Shown here: positions 24,233-37,367 of the stretch, in pieces
Numbering within the stretch: the stretch's first letter is position 1
Layout of the letters: every line of letters starts with the position of its first letter
Assembly: GCA_036172245.1 (NCBI GenBank)
Contig: JAYWIR010000014.1
Coordinates: 2,046,001-2,110,000 of the forward strand
Length of the DNA stretch: 64,000 nucleotides
Origin: Raillietiella orientalis
Taxonomy: Eukaryota
Direction of reading: 5' to 3'
Notes under the pieces: generated by a model
Seen by the model: only the letters and a program-made list of their open reading frames with translations
Databases searched by the model: none
Told to the model about the DNA's origin: nothing
Translations under genes and position numbers: made by a program

Positions 24233-27200
24233 CCTGCTCCGATACACGGTCTCCCTGTCTTGTGCAAATAACGGATACCTTACTTTTTCGGCAAAACGAA
24301 GTGAAAAACGAAATGCTTTTTTGGAAGATACTTTGTAAACCATGCAAGGTGATATTACTGTAAGATAAGGTTTAAAAATAACACAATTATGGTGAAAGAA
24401 CAACAAATCGAGTAGCGCCGGGAAGAGAGCCTGGCCGGAGCAGCAGCTCCATTTTGGTCGCATGGCAAAGTGTTTGCTGTTTGACACTCACTTTAGCGAC
24501 AGCAATCGATCAATCCGCATCCGTGGAAGACACTGACATGTAAAAACAGTCAAGTGAAGATCTACACAGCCGGGTTGCAACAGTGAATCTGAAGCAATGT
24601 GTCTTCGGAATGCTTGGGAGCGCACAGAAATCTTCCGATTGATCAAATTTTTTTTCTTCTCGTTTTATACTGAGGAGGGAACGCGTTCCCTTTTTTTTTC
24701 ATTTCGTGATAAATAAAACCAAAACATGGCTACCTATTATTTTCGCGTGGGTCTTCCATGCTTGGAAATCCACGAAAATGGGAGCATAGCTGGTTTCACG
24801 GAGGAGGAACCTAATTGGATCCAATGTCAGCAGCAAGGCAATCTTTCCTTGAAAACGCTTTCTTCCGGTTCCTTAAATTCATCGCCGGAACTGATTTCAC
24901 TTTTGACATTTTCGGTTTCGTTCACCTACTACCCATTATATTCTATTACATTACTCGTTCTTCGTTAGTACATTCATTCCTTCGGAGCAAAGAAGGAAAA
25001 AAAATCGTTGTCGGAGCATGCCTCCTCACTGCCTCTTTGCTTGTTAATTTACACTAATTCGGTAATAACATTAATACAGTACAGTTCGACCGTGAAATTG
25101 AAGAGCACTACTTCTTGAGAAGTACGCTATTGATAGTTCTTGTACAGCTGCAAATATTTTAAACGATACCGCGTTTTCATGTCTGCATCTACATAAATCT
25201 ATAGAAACAGCGAGAAAAACGCGAGCATCTCTGAACAGAACACATAGCTTGCAGATGTTTCGGAAACTATTAATTGAAAGATATAGATAAATTGTTATAC
25301 GCAAGTCGTAATGAGCAATATTCAAATTTGACGGAAATAAGAGATCATTACGATGTACCATTGATAAAAAAAAGGAAAAATTTCACAGGAATTGAACAGC
25401 AAATGCCAACGTGAAGTCAACCGAACATACTGAAACAAGATTTTCGGGAATTTCTAATTAATACGTGCAGCAGCACGTAACAGCGGTTTTGTTCTAAAAA
25501 AAAAAAAAAAAAAAAAACACTCTGGAAAAGCGAAGCCAATAGAACAATCTACATAAAATAGAAACGTGAATACTGGCTATAGCAACAAGTACCTTGATTA
25601 GTCAAATGCAGTCCACTGAAACCGTTTCTATAGCTGCTGCAACGGTGAATTATATTCCAGCTGAGCACTTAAGATAAAAAAATGAGATGATTGCGGGCAG
25701 CCTGAAAGCGTGCTTCGTTCCAGTGTTTAGCACATGCCTTTCCAATGAGATTCCCCTTATTGGATTTGTTCACCGGCTTCGCTTCTGCTTGGTATCCGAA
25801 CACGACTTCCAAGACTTTTGATGTTCTTTATGAAGTGCTCCTTCTTCTTGCTATGTGGATTCCTACAGATTCTCTACCACTCATGTAATCAAATTTGTGC
25901 TGATGAGGAATGTCATCTTGCCAGCAGCTCACTATCCCAGTTTTCTTGAAGACACATCCTTTGCCTCAATACATACAAAAACGTTTCGCAGGGAGAGGCT
26001 CAAACGGACACTTCTCTTGTTCGGTTCTGCACCAGTTCGGTCTCCTGTCTGACTTTATGAGTGCGTTGGGACAAGCACTCTGTGGCCTCGGTGTCCGGCT
26101 TTAGAATGGGATCGGCAACAAGAAGCAATTCCTTGGGAGCTCATAGAATTCACCTGTCGTCATCCCCCCATCTACCCAGACTGGAGCACGTGACACCACT
26201 CTTGCCTTTCATCGAGAACTTTTGCCTTGAGGGGACTAGAAACATTTTGATGTTTCCGCCTCTTTGCCAGCACATTGGGTCAGCCAGCTTGCTGAACGAT
26301 GTCACCGGACAGAGGTACGGAGACTCATCTTTGCCAACCTGGTTTCCTTCTGAAAAAATGTTCTCGAGCATCCATGAGTGGGGCCTTTTTTTTTTTTTTT
26401 TTTTTTTTTTTCTAAACAACAACAAACAGCCGTAACCACTCATTTTCACGAATTTTCTTTTCCCTTCAGGATGGTGTTCGTATCCCCCAGTGGAGTGCAT
26501 CCGGAAGCGAGGTTTTCTCCATCGTGTGTGCGCACAGTCCACTGTTCATGTCCGCATGCGAGCGGAAAACAGAACAGCATACAAAAATAAAAAAATAAAA
26601 GAAAGAGCACCCTGGTAGGCAGGGTAATTTCGAGTGTCCGTTTTCCCAGCAGCCAACCACATCTCGCACACTTAGCTGGCGTTCTCCTGCAAATAGGTCC
26701 CATCCATCGCAGGTGCTAGAGGAGGATAGTTCGTGGATACCCGCCACCTGTTCTCTGTTCACTGTGCTAGCAGTACCCCTTACGAGCTATTCCATCAGAG
26801 ATACCTCTTTTGCTTGCTGAAGAAGAAAGGCAGATGCTACTCTTGAACTCAGGTGACCACGCGAGGAGGAATCAGTGACCTTCTCTCCCTTCCGAGGACC
26901 TGCCTTCGATCTGGAGAGGAGGGTTGAAGAGGGCATTTTTTCTCCCCTTTCGATCGGGTTCTGCGCGGAGCAGAAGCGCTCTCTCTCCCCTCCTCCCCTC
27001 CCCCCCGCCTCTCTCCCCCCGCCTTCCTTCCTTCGATGCCGCCGCCTGAAAGGACACAATCACGTCCGGAGGGTTGACGGCGAAGCGTCAATATGGATGC
27101 GCCTGCGAATGGCGCAGCAGCTGGGCGAGGGGCAGGAGTCGGACACCCGCGCGCGATCTGGACGACGGACATGTGGGAAGAAAGAACAGTCTGATGCTCG

Positions 27201-27732
27201 AACAGCGCTTCTTGTGGCCGAGTTCCGTATCAGTGCCGTGTCAACTTGAACCGAGGAAGAAATGCTTCTGCGTAGCTTTCCGTTCCATCTGCTGCTTCTG
27301 TAACGAGAGGATGCTGAATCTTCCATCAGTCAATCTGTCCATGCTAAGCGCGGCATCCATTAATCGGGAGGAGAAGGCGGAGGAAACCATGTGTTGTTGT
27401 TGTTGTTGTTGTTTTTTAAATGGGTTCTGCTTCTTTGGAATTTGTCCGGCTCATCTCTTGTAGAGGACCAGGCTGCAAAATACTTTGCCAGAGACGGCGT
27501 TTTCTTTTGCGCGCCACTGCGCGGAAGTGTACTAACGAGCTTCCTGCATTTTTTTCATATCCTCCGCGATGTTCGACTTCCGCAATGATCCATCATGTCT
27601 CGTGGTCCATTCACAAGATCAAATCTCCGCGAAGAATAAAAACCCGAATTAGTACAGGGATGAATTATTGAAAGAGAGAACTGGTCACAGTGCATTCACT
27701 CGGACACAAACCATTCTCTCCTTTCTCTCTCT

Positions 27733-27802
27733 TACGCGCGCGCGCGCGCGCGCGCGCACACACACACACGCACACGCACGCATGCACGCACGCACGCACG
27801 CA
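27733..27802. repeat. Compound (CG)11-(CA)n-(CACG)n alternating purine/pyrimidine tract
   Basis: 70 bp of uninterrupted purine/pyrimidine alternation, with (CG)11 at 27735-27756. Confidence 0.95.
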
Positions 27803-30588
27803 AAAGGAGAAACAAAAAGGAAAAGCCCAAGCAACTCAGCAAGAAGCATTCTCAAATGTAAATATGTATTTAGCAAATCTTCAAAGCGGGTCCGTCCAAT
27901 CAAATCTCGCAACACAGCTTTCTACCAATCACAGCGAGAATTTATTGAAAACTCCCATGGAAGTATTGATTGAAATATCACGAAAAAGTTCACAATGATT
28001 TACAGCGCGATTAGTAGATAGAAGCGAGCGGGGAGGAAGCGGTTCCAGTAGGGGCTTGGGAAATCGGACCGAGAGAAATAAAAGGGTTGCAAGGAACGCT
28101 TACCATGTTTTATTGGCTGGATTCGCCGGGAGAAGGGTTTCCCAATTGAAAACGTCGACAAATGATATTTTAAAACCGAGAAAGATGCATGAAAAACACT
28201 TCCTCCTTCTTTTCCACTCCCATCTCGCGACTGTTGGTTCCCGTTTTCCGGAGGCGTTTTCAGCACAGGCAAGTTGCGACGAAACGGAGGCATGAAAGGA
28301 AAAAAGGGGGAGGGAGGAGGAGGAGGAGGAGGAGGAGTGTGGGGGGGGGGTAGTCGTCGAATCGAAGCAGCTCTGCAATTCGTCTGATTTTCCTCTTTTT
28401 TTTTTTTTTTTGGTTTGCTTGTTTGTTTGCTGTTGTTTCTTCCTCCCGGTAAACGTAGCGCTGCTCACTCGGCATTTCTCGAGGGGAGATGATGGGGGAG
28501 GGAGAAGGGAAGGAGAGGGGCTTTCCGTACGGATGCGGGCGACTCTTTCACTTCAAACCGAATTTTCGCAGCTCGCTGTTTTCCCGGATTACGGAAGCGT
28601 GGCACAGGGAAGCCCCATGCGGCAGCACCCGCTCGCCGTTCCTTTGCCGGTGCGTGGGAGACTGCACATCGCTCCCTTGCATGAATCATAAAGAGTTCGG
28701 TGGAATTACCGGATCGGCAGCATAGCTCCTCCATGGAGACAGGAAAAAGGAGAAAATAAAAGCCAACTGACATCGAGCTCTGCGTGGGATGGTGTCCCTC
28801 AGGCACGAATGCGTAAGCCAGGGGGCGAGCGAGGACAAGGGATTTTTCGAAATTCGGGAAATTTTTCGTCTGCCGGGAGCGCGCACCCGACGCGCGATTT
28901 CCGCAGCTGGGCGAAGCGCGCCGCTGGGCGGGCACTGCCCGTCTCCTCCTGGCGAGCGGCCTCCATCGCCTCCCTAATCCCGACGCTCAACAATCGCGCG
29001 GGAATGCCCCAAAGCTACACGAGTGTGTGTGTGCACGCCGAACACGTTTGCTTCCTTTTCCTCATTCGGAAATTCCAGGTCTGGTTCGGAGGGAACCCTC
29101 AGCAAATTTGTGGCTTTCTCCTCGCCCGCGGCACTTACATTCGCCCAACGGAGACCACGATTCCTTCTTTCTTCAGAGGCAAGGACCAGGGCGCGATCGT
29201 GTAAACGCTGACGACATTGTCATGGCATGTGACCACCGTTCCCGGGTTTTCAAGAGGCGTGCAGGCAAAGACGAACTCTTTCGCGTCTCGGGACGACGAA
29301 AGGATAGCGTGAAAGGGAGAGAGAAAATAAGAGTGGGCGACCGGATCTGGAACGACTGGATCCTCATGGCGAAATCGCTTCGGGATGTCGCCGCCAACTT
29401 ACCTCAAGAACTGCGCTGGCAACACGAAGCAGCAATGAAGCAGAGATGCTGTTCATTTGTTCCCATTGCTTCCTGATGTGCTGTTCACTGTCGTCGGTGA
29501 TCTGGTCTTCTACCTCGAATGCAGTTGCATTTATCATCGTGCAATTTGTTTCATTCCCTTGGGAGAGTCCTACCACCGAAAAGCGACCAAAAATCTTCTG
29601 AGGAACCAAGATGTGGTGCTTTACTATTCCGAACCTGGAATACTCTGACTGCGAAATGCTTCGGACTTCCCTAATCATAATAATTCGCGCCTTTCAAAGG
29701 TCATTTTGAATTCATTTAAATGGCCCGGGATGCAGAGATTTTCTTCATTTTCAGGCCAGCAGTCATAATCGATGATTAATTATGTAATAATTACTTCGGT
29801 TCATTGATAGTCCCATGTCCTCAATTTAGTCTCAATTAATTATAGTAAGCACCTGTCCCGAACATCACAGGAAATATAGTGAAGGGAAGAATCGATAGAC
29901 GCTTACTGAATATTTTTGTCAGTTTACCGGAAAAAAGCTTTCCATGTTTTTTTTTTTTTTTTTTTCTTTAAAAAAAAAAAAAAAAATAGGAATCTTCTTT
30001 TTGAAAAAAACAGAAAAATTTGAATCCTCAATGTTTCCATGAAAACGTATTTCAGAATATCCTCCTGCATTCTGTTAAGCATCCGTTTCAATGTATCTAG
30101 TTAGATTAGGGCGGTACTTGATTTATGGATATCTTGAACTCGACCTATTAAAGTGCAGAAACGGCTGCTGCTGTGATACACATCCGGAAAAAAATACGAG
30201 GCTCGGTGAAAGAGGAACATGGTCGCTGCAGTGTGATCTCCGTAAGAACCCGTTCGTTCCAGCATCGCTGCTCCGTTTCCGACGTGCACCGAAGAAAACC
30301 GTTCTGCATGTGTTCCGGTGTGATCTCTACGCGATCCGTAGCAACGTATGCAAACGAGTGGAGTTGGCTAGGTAGAATAAGACGCGGGATTTACTTCTTC
30401 TTTTTTTTTTTCCATATTGCGACTTTCATTGACTGCGTCATTTCTGCGTTCGGTCGGAACACTTTAATAAAGTGCACTTCGGGTACAGAGTGAAACGAAA
30501 ACGTACACCAACGTTCGGTAATCTAAATCTTTTCCTCGACAAATAGTCACGTGATGTAAGTTAAGGTTTTCGTTGATTTTGAAGGATC

Positions 30589-30665
30589 GCGGATGTTTGA
30601 TTAAGACAGATCAATTACGACACAAATATATGTCAAAGAATTAATCTGTCTTAATCAGATATCGC
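30589..30665 (+). ncRNA. Candidate pre-miRNA-like hairpin (or a small inverted-repeat element)
   Basis: Arms 30592-30616 and 30639-30663 pair at 24 of 25 positions (two G-U pairs, one C-A mismatch) around a 22-nt loop that can form a further GACA/TGTC helix. The hairpin is certain; expression is unknown. Confidence 0.35.
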
Positions 30666-33600
30666 ACAAGATCTGTTCCATTAGAGATGGTTGCGGTTCT
30701 TCGGCAGCGTCCACGAAACGCCAGGCTCTTCCTCAAGCGATGATTCTGCACTTCCCATGCCGACGTCACCAACAAAACATTAGTAGAAAGTTCGATAATG
30801 GGAAGTGGATCCTACGGGAGCGTTTCTATAATTCCAGCAACAAAATAGAAAGTGACTTGACTTTCATCAGTGGATGTTATGAAAAGTCTCCATAACCATG
30901 GAAAGTGACTTGTTTTCAAAATATCGACTTCACCCCTCATTGAATGAGCATTTTGGGGAGGGAGGGGAGGACGTCCTTTTGTTCCGCTTCCTGTGATTCA
31001 TCCGCAAGGAAGCAGTTGATTTTTCTTCAGTCTGAAGTAAATTTGTTTTCAGGTTTCATTTCGTGAAGAACTTGAATCGAGGACGAACCCGAAGCATCGC
31101 TCAAAGTTCCCTGTGATTTCCGATCTAATGAAGGAAGTGTTATTTCCTAGGGATTCTGAAATATTTGTTCTACTTGCCAATGATTTGATTTGTTATCCTG
31201 TTCGCGTATGCTGTTAGATCATGCACCTGCTTGGAAACAGTGGATCTAATGGTGTACCAGTTGGAGAATTTCGTACTTTTATTATTTCTTCTAGCGTTTC
31301 CCCATCGCTTTTTTTTTTCTTTTTCTCTCCCTCTAAAGAATTTTTCTAATGAGACCTTGGTTTCCATCTGATTTTTTTCTCCATCTTCCTTGTCATTTTC
31401 TCGTGAGACCAAGCAAATGCAGACTGGAAAAAATTCGCAGGCTCCTCGAAAGTAAACCCGAGTCGGACGAAATTCCTGTTTGCATTTGCGAATGCTTTGC
31501 TTCTACGTTTCCGGGAGCGCCACTGGCCATTCTTCGCTGACGTATAGCCAACGCATCTACTGTTTGTGCTGGAACGCGAGCTGCTGGTCCTCCTCCTGGC
31601 ACGGTTTTTGGAAAGCATCCGGGGGAGTACCGATCTCTTTCGGTCAAGCCAAGCGGGGAGGGAAATCGGTAATTTCATCTGCACAAATTCCAAGATTCCA
31701 GAGCTCAGGGCGCGGGGGGCGAACCTCCGAGGGAGCCGATCGACTGCTTGTCTTTCAACGAGGCAAACAGCTGGGATGGGGTCAAAACTCAAGGTGCGAA
31801 AACACCGCGGTTTTCAAACAGTTTCTTCAGAAATGCAGGCCGGCGAAAAATTTGCTTTCCTGAAAATTTCCGAGGAGAAAATATCTGTTGAGCCGGTTCC
31901 CCCCCCCCCTTTTTTTTTTTTCCTTCTTTTCCTGGTTTGTTCGTCGTTGCCTTGCGTTCGGCTCCCATCCACGGCATCGTCAGATAAATCCTTGCTTTTA
32001 ATTTTCGTTGCCATCGTCTTCCAGGCGGTTATTTTCCATGTTCATAATATGGAGTCACTTTCTTAGCGACTCGCAAATGAAAAGTCCTTTTTTTCCCCTC
32101 TCTCCCTCTCTGTCCTGCTTTTCATTCTTTCCTTAATAACATTTCTCCTTGAAATGTTCCTCAGTTCTCCCGTTTCCGCATCCATTTGTTGGGAAAGAGG
32201 TGGCGAAAATAAGAAACACAGATTCCGATTCTTTGAATTCTCGGGTATCCTTGCCATCTCCCTCTTCCTGTGACACAGCTGAAGTTTAAGTAGCAACAAC
32301 GTTCTGTAATGAAATCAGAACCTGGAAGGTCAAAGAATGTATGTTTAAATTTCATTCCAGAGCTGTGCAGAACTTACGTACGCTCGAATGTCACGGGGAG
32401 ATCGCCCGACTTCCCCCGCGCCTGCAATCCCCTGATTTGTCTTTCTGCGTCGTATCGATTCGTTTATTATGATGAGGAAATAAATGCCATGTTTCATTTG
32501 ATTCCGGAGAAGCTGCATGCGTTTCGCTCATCCCGAAACCCAGGGATGGGATGCCTTTGCTGGCGAAAAATTTCCGCGGGGAAGAGCTTGCTCGCAGATT
32601 TTCGGGATTCCGGAAAGAACAAGATGCGCTGGAAAAGCATGCCGTTCCCTCTTGCGGTGCAAGCAGCCACCTTGGAAACCGGGAGGTTCACCAGACTCCG
32701 GCGTGAGTCGCCACGGTGACTCTTGTTGCGACCCGGAGGTCCCCCCCATGCGCGGACCATTTGGCGTTCTTCTGGTGGTGGACTTCTCAGCACCCGGTTC
32801 GGAAAACCGAATGTATGGGAAACGGGGAAGGGAAAAAAGATCGGGCGGAGAAAACGCGGACCGAACGGTTGGAAAGAAAAGTTCTTAGGTTTCGGCAGAT
32901 GACCATTTCCGCCTTCTGCAAAGAACACCTTCGTGATGGGGTAAGGGTCTGGTTGGAGAACTATTCCGGCGCGTTGCATCCTGCGGTACGCCCAGGCTGA
33001 GAATGACCAAAGGGTAAAAAGTCGAAGGAAAGCTCCATTCCCGTATTGAATCCCCAGGTGAAAGGACGCACCCCGCTAATATCGCGAGGATTCCGTTTGT
33101 ACACCGATCCATTCGTGAACGTTTTTCACTGAGGTGAACAAACTTCGTTGTCGAACACTACCAGGTTGGGTGCCGAGTTACACGCGGATGATCAGGCGGA
33201 TGCTGGAAGCCGGAACCATTCTTGCACGTGAAAGAAGTTATTCGGGAGCTCCTGTGCGTACGAAAAAGGAAAAAAAAAAAAAAAATCAGGAAAATCTACG
33301 GAAGAATCGGAAGCCAGTTAGTTTGTTCACGGAACGGAGCTTTCGACGACGACGGAGGCGCAAAGTTTCTGCCCCCCCCCCCCCCCAACCCCGTTGTGAA
33401 AGGGATGCTCGTCGAGCGAATGCCCTGCAGTCTTTCGGAAATCTTACTGATTCTCGGGGACCAACGGGAAGAGCACGCCGCAAATCGCTGCTGCGCGTTC
33501 GGCTCCTGCTCTTTTCGCTTCCGCTCAGCCGAAGCGAGAGCCGGCCCTCCCGCTCGCCGTCCGCTCCCGTGCTGTGTAAATCAAGGAAGGCCATTGTTGC

Positions 33601-36600
33601 CGCCGCCGCCGCCGCCGCACGGGCCTGCAGGCGCGCGCGCATCCGCGCCATGCATAAAAGATGGAGAAAGCAGTGGCTGCCGTCAAGTATTAATTAATTG
33701 CGTTGAATTACTCGTTTTTTGACCATCTCTCAACTTTGTTGCAGATGCATCCAGGTAGGCCAGAAAGGACACCGAGGAGAGCGAAATTCGCAAGCGTTCG
33801 GCACACAAAAAAATTTTCTCCCCCTTCCCCCCCCCCCTTTAAATGTGCATTTGCTTTCCTGCGCGGAGGGCACGGCGGCAGAGCGGAGCCTCAGCGAAGA
33901 GTACCTTCTCCAGCTCTGTATCAAAAGATCGATCGATTAATTGTGTTTCATTTTCTTAGTATCGATCTCTAAGTAATGCGACTTTTGCATTCACGGTTTC
34001 TAATTCCATTCACTGGGGTATTCTCTTTGCTTGGGATTGTGGTCGAAATTTCCACCTTTCAAAGAAAGGATTCCATTACGAGTAACACACTGTTGATGCA
34101 ATTAATTTGTTACGGTACATTGAGATTTTAGGAAGTTCCCTGCATCCCATGTTTCCCATCCGATATTCGAGACTGCTGTCTCCTCCTCGGATAGAGATTT
34201 CGGGAATTCCTTGTTTGTTCTCCTGCTTGGTTTTACAAAATACGAGCTACCAGCGAGCTGAACGAACCCCCGCTCCCGTTGACAAGTGCTACTGCTGCTG
34301 CTGCTGCTGCGTTCGCAGTTGTGCACCTGCTCTTTTTCCAGTCTTGCGGTCACTCCGGGTCTTGAGATGCGACGCGCGTTCGCTAGTGCCGCGCAGAGGA
34401 AACGGAAGCTTTGGTCTCTCGAAGCTGAGGACAACTCGCTCTGGAGTGCAGAGAGAAGTCTGCTCGCTATCCCGAAAGAAGGCGTGGAAGAGGGTTGTCG
34501 CCTCTGGAGATCGCAACCGGCCTCGGAGGATTTACCCCGTCAGCGAACCGTCGCTCTTCATATCTGCCTTCCGTTTCCTTCGCGTCGGGGGAGTTCGCTC
34601 AGGGGCAGTCACCACGCGGCGACCGCGATGGGAACAAGTGGTGACGGCTTGTCTGCGAGGTGCCTGCAGAGCGAAACCCGGGTGGCGAAGTGAGGACGCG
34701 TCAAGCGTGGGTCACCCCCCCCCCCCCCTACCTCGAACGCTACCGATCGGGGACACAGACCATCCCAAGGTGTTCCGGTGTCGACCGTGGCGCTCGTCGT
34801 CGAGACGGCAGGTGTCCACTGCTGCTCCAGGATGAGCTGAGAAACCGAAAAGAGATAGAAAGGAGGGATCATTGCTTCCCGGCTTCCTGCAGAACGAGAG
34901 GCACGCACTTTGGGGGTCGTTAGCGGGACGTCCGGCGAGTTCTCCATGATCCGAGTGCCAGAGGGAATCGCTCCACCTCAAGCCGTTCCTTCTGGGCCGA
35001 GCGTGAAACGAAAAGAAGATCCCTGCCGGGGCGCGCATATCCGCGCGCAGTCCCCATAGTAAGGTGCGGCCTCCGACGCTCAGAGGCTCCGCGCGAGTTT
35101 CATGCCCCTCTGCCCTACTCTGTGCAGCAGGTGACGGACAATCCGCAGCCTCTGAGGAAGGAATTTCTTCGTTTCCGAGGTGCTTGCGGTCCCTCCAGCC
35201 TCCGTCCTCAACTCCCGTGTTCCTCCCGGTGTTCCTGTGTTCAGCTGCTGCTTTCCCGAAGTTTCCGTTCGCAACACGTTCATCCATTACGCACCTCCTG
35301 TCCGCCATCGCCCAGCTCGCGTGGCTGAGGAGGAGGGCGGAAAGACCGTGCTTGCGGGCAGTATCGCCGCCGCTGAACGTCAGGGAGGCGCGATTATTGC
35401 AACTTGAAAGACCGTGCTCTGCTTTCTCTTCGTTCCTCTTCCCATCTTCACACCCGCAGGAGCCTCCTTCCTCGGTGCCGAAGCGAGGACATTGTAGCTG
35501 CACGTCATCCTGCTCTACCCTGCGACTCCCGCCGAAGACCGGCGGCAGATGCGGCTGGAGCGTTGCACGCGGAAGTCCGAGAGGTCGCGCCAGCGGAGCG
35601 GCTAGTGCCTACTTTCGCTGGCGCGCGAGTAGCATTTCGTGCCGCGGTCCAGGTTTGCATCCCCTCCCTCGTCGCCTCTCTTTTCCCCTCCTGCCTAAAA
35701 TTGCGCATGAGCGTGGCCTGAGGAGAGGACAGGGAGGGCGTGCCTCACGACTTACCCACCCCACGAGCCTGCGAGCGGCGCGCCTTGCAGGTCGCGCGCC
35801 GCTTGCGCCGCCGCCGCCGCCGCCGCCGCTGCTACCGTCGCTTTTTTTGTTTTTTGTTTCCCTTTCTTCCCTGCGATTAAAACATCTGAAAGGAGCGCAC
35901 GAGGTCACGTGTCAGTGGGTAGGGTCACAGTGCCCTCGTGACGAGGCCGCGGCGATTATTACGCGGAGGGGGGGCTTTCCGACCAGTAGAGCCCGGAGAA
36001 TCAAAGGATTTGCCCGTACGGATCCTGCCCATCCGGGTGAAGGTGAGGCGCCGGTGACATCACACGGGGGAATGAATGCAGCGAGGTGCCTCTTCCCGCT
36101 GCTGGCGTGACCCCGCGCGCTTTTGTGTTACCGGCCGACGGGTGGTGGTGGAGGATGGATGGGAAGATGGAGAGGAAGGGACGGCATCTGCACAGGATCG
36201 GGGATCTGCACGGCACGGCATCAGGAATCTTTAGGAGTGCTTATCCGACGGTCCAGGAACGGAGGCGGTGAAGAAGGGCGAAGGGGAGCGCCTCGCACGA
36301 AGTCATTTTGCGGACGCCACTGTTCGATGTTGCAGGGAGGAAGGTCAGGGAAGTCGGAGAAAGAGGAAAGGGAAGGGTGAGGATCAACTCCCAAAGGGAA
36401 CGCCCCTGCCCCAGATGCTCTCTGAGTTTTCCTCCCGGGGCGAGGGCTGCCCCGGAGACACGGAACGAACTCTGGCAGGAAGGTGGCCCGACCTTCCCGC
36501 CTGATTTCATTCCCAGCACGCTTCACGTCGTCCTGGTGTCTTTCCGGCGCGCGCGGAGAGGGAGGAAGGAGAGGGACCGGGCTCCTCGTCTCCTCCCAGG

Positions 36601-37361
36601 CATGGACGGACCAGACTCCCCCGGTTCCGGGAGCAGAGAAGACTGATGCCTCGGACGAAAGTCCCTTGGAGCTGATCCATTGTGTGCCCTCACGAACGTG
36701 CCCTTTTCGCCTGAGGCACCCTCGAGATGAAAGTCCCTCCTCTTGCAAGAAAAGAGGAAGAAGCGCCGTGTTCTTGATTGAGAGGAAGAGGGGGGGGGGA
36801 GAGAGACCAGTGACTCCTGGAAGAGAACGAGGGAGGGCGGGTGGGCCTGGTCCTTCGGCTGCTCCGCGGCCACAAACTCCCCACGGACGTCCAACCGGAG
36901 GCCGTTCCTGAAACCGTCGTCGTCGTGACGCTGGGGTTCCGCCCCCCTCGGATATACAGCCGGGGCGAAGGCTCCAGCATCCCCTCTGGCAGGGCGAGGT
37001 GCTTTTTCCTGGTGCGGCAACGGGGAAGCGGGCGGACCGAGGGTTCTGCAGAGCATAGACTTTTTATATCCCTCCCTATTTCGTCCTCTATCAGCTGGAT
37101 GCGATGTCCCCGTCTCCATGGAGCTGCGGAGCCTCTTTCGCCTCAGGCCGGGGCGGGCGAAGGTTCCGAGCGCACCCTGGGGACGACATCGGAGGTCTCC
37201 GCCTTTCCCGGTGCGGACCTGGGGAAAGGAAAGTGGCGATTCTCCGAAGAGCAGATCTGGACATCCCCTTCCTACCCTTTCCCTGACGGACCGGCCGGCC
37301 CCCGACGGCTCTCAGAACGCGGGCGGGCTCGCGCCGACTGACCTGCAGACAAAAATTACCT

Positions 37362-37367
37362 TTTATT
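37362..37367 (-). terminator. Candidate polyadenylation signal of the zinc-finger gene
   Basis: First minus-strand AATAAA I found downstream of the stop at 41746. It is directly preceded by TGTA and lies in an AT-rich patch within GC-rich DNA. Confidence 0.4.

Noticed and set aside
25190..25640. Several near-X-box (RFX) motifs such as CTGGCTATAGCAAC and GTTTCTATAGCTGC
   Set aside because: Each has only one good half-site and there is no adjacent gene.
29947..29986. T19-CTTT-A17 self-complementary tract
   Set aside because: Poly-A and poly-T runs are ubiquitous in this window, so adjacency is plausibly chance.
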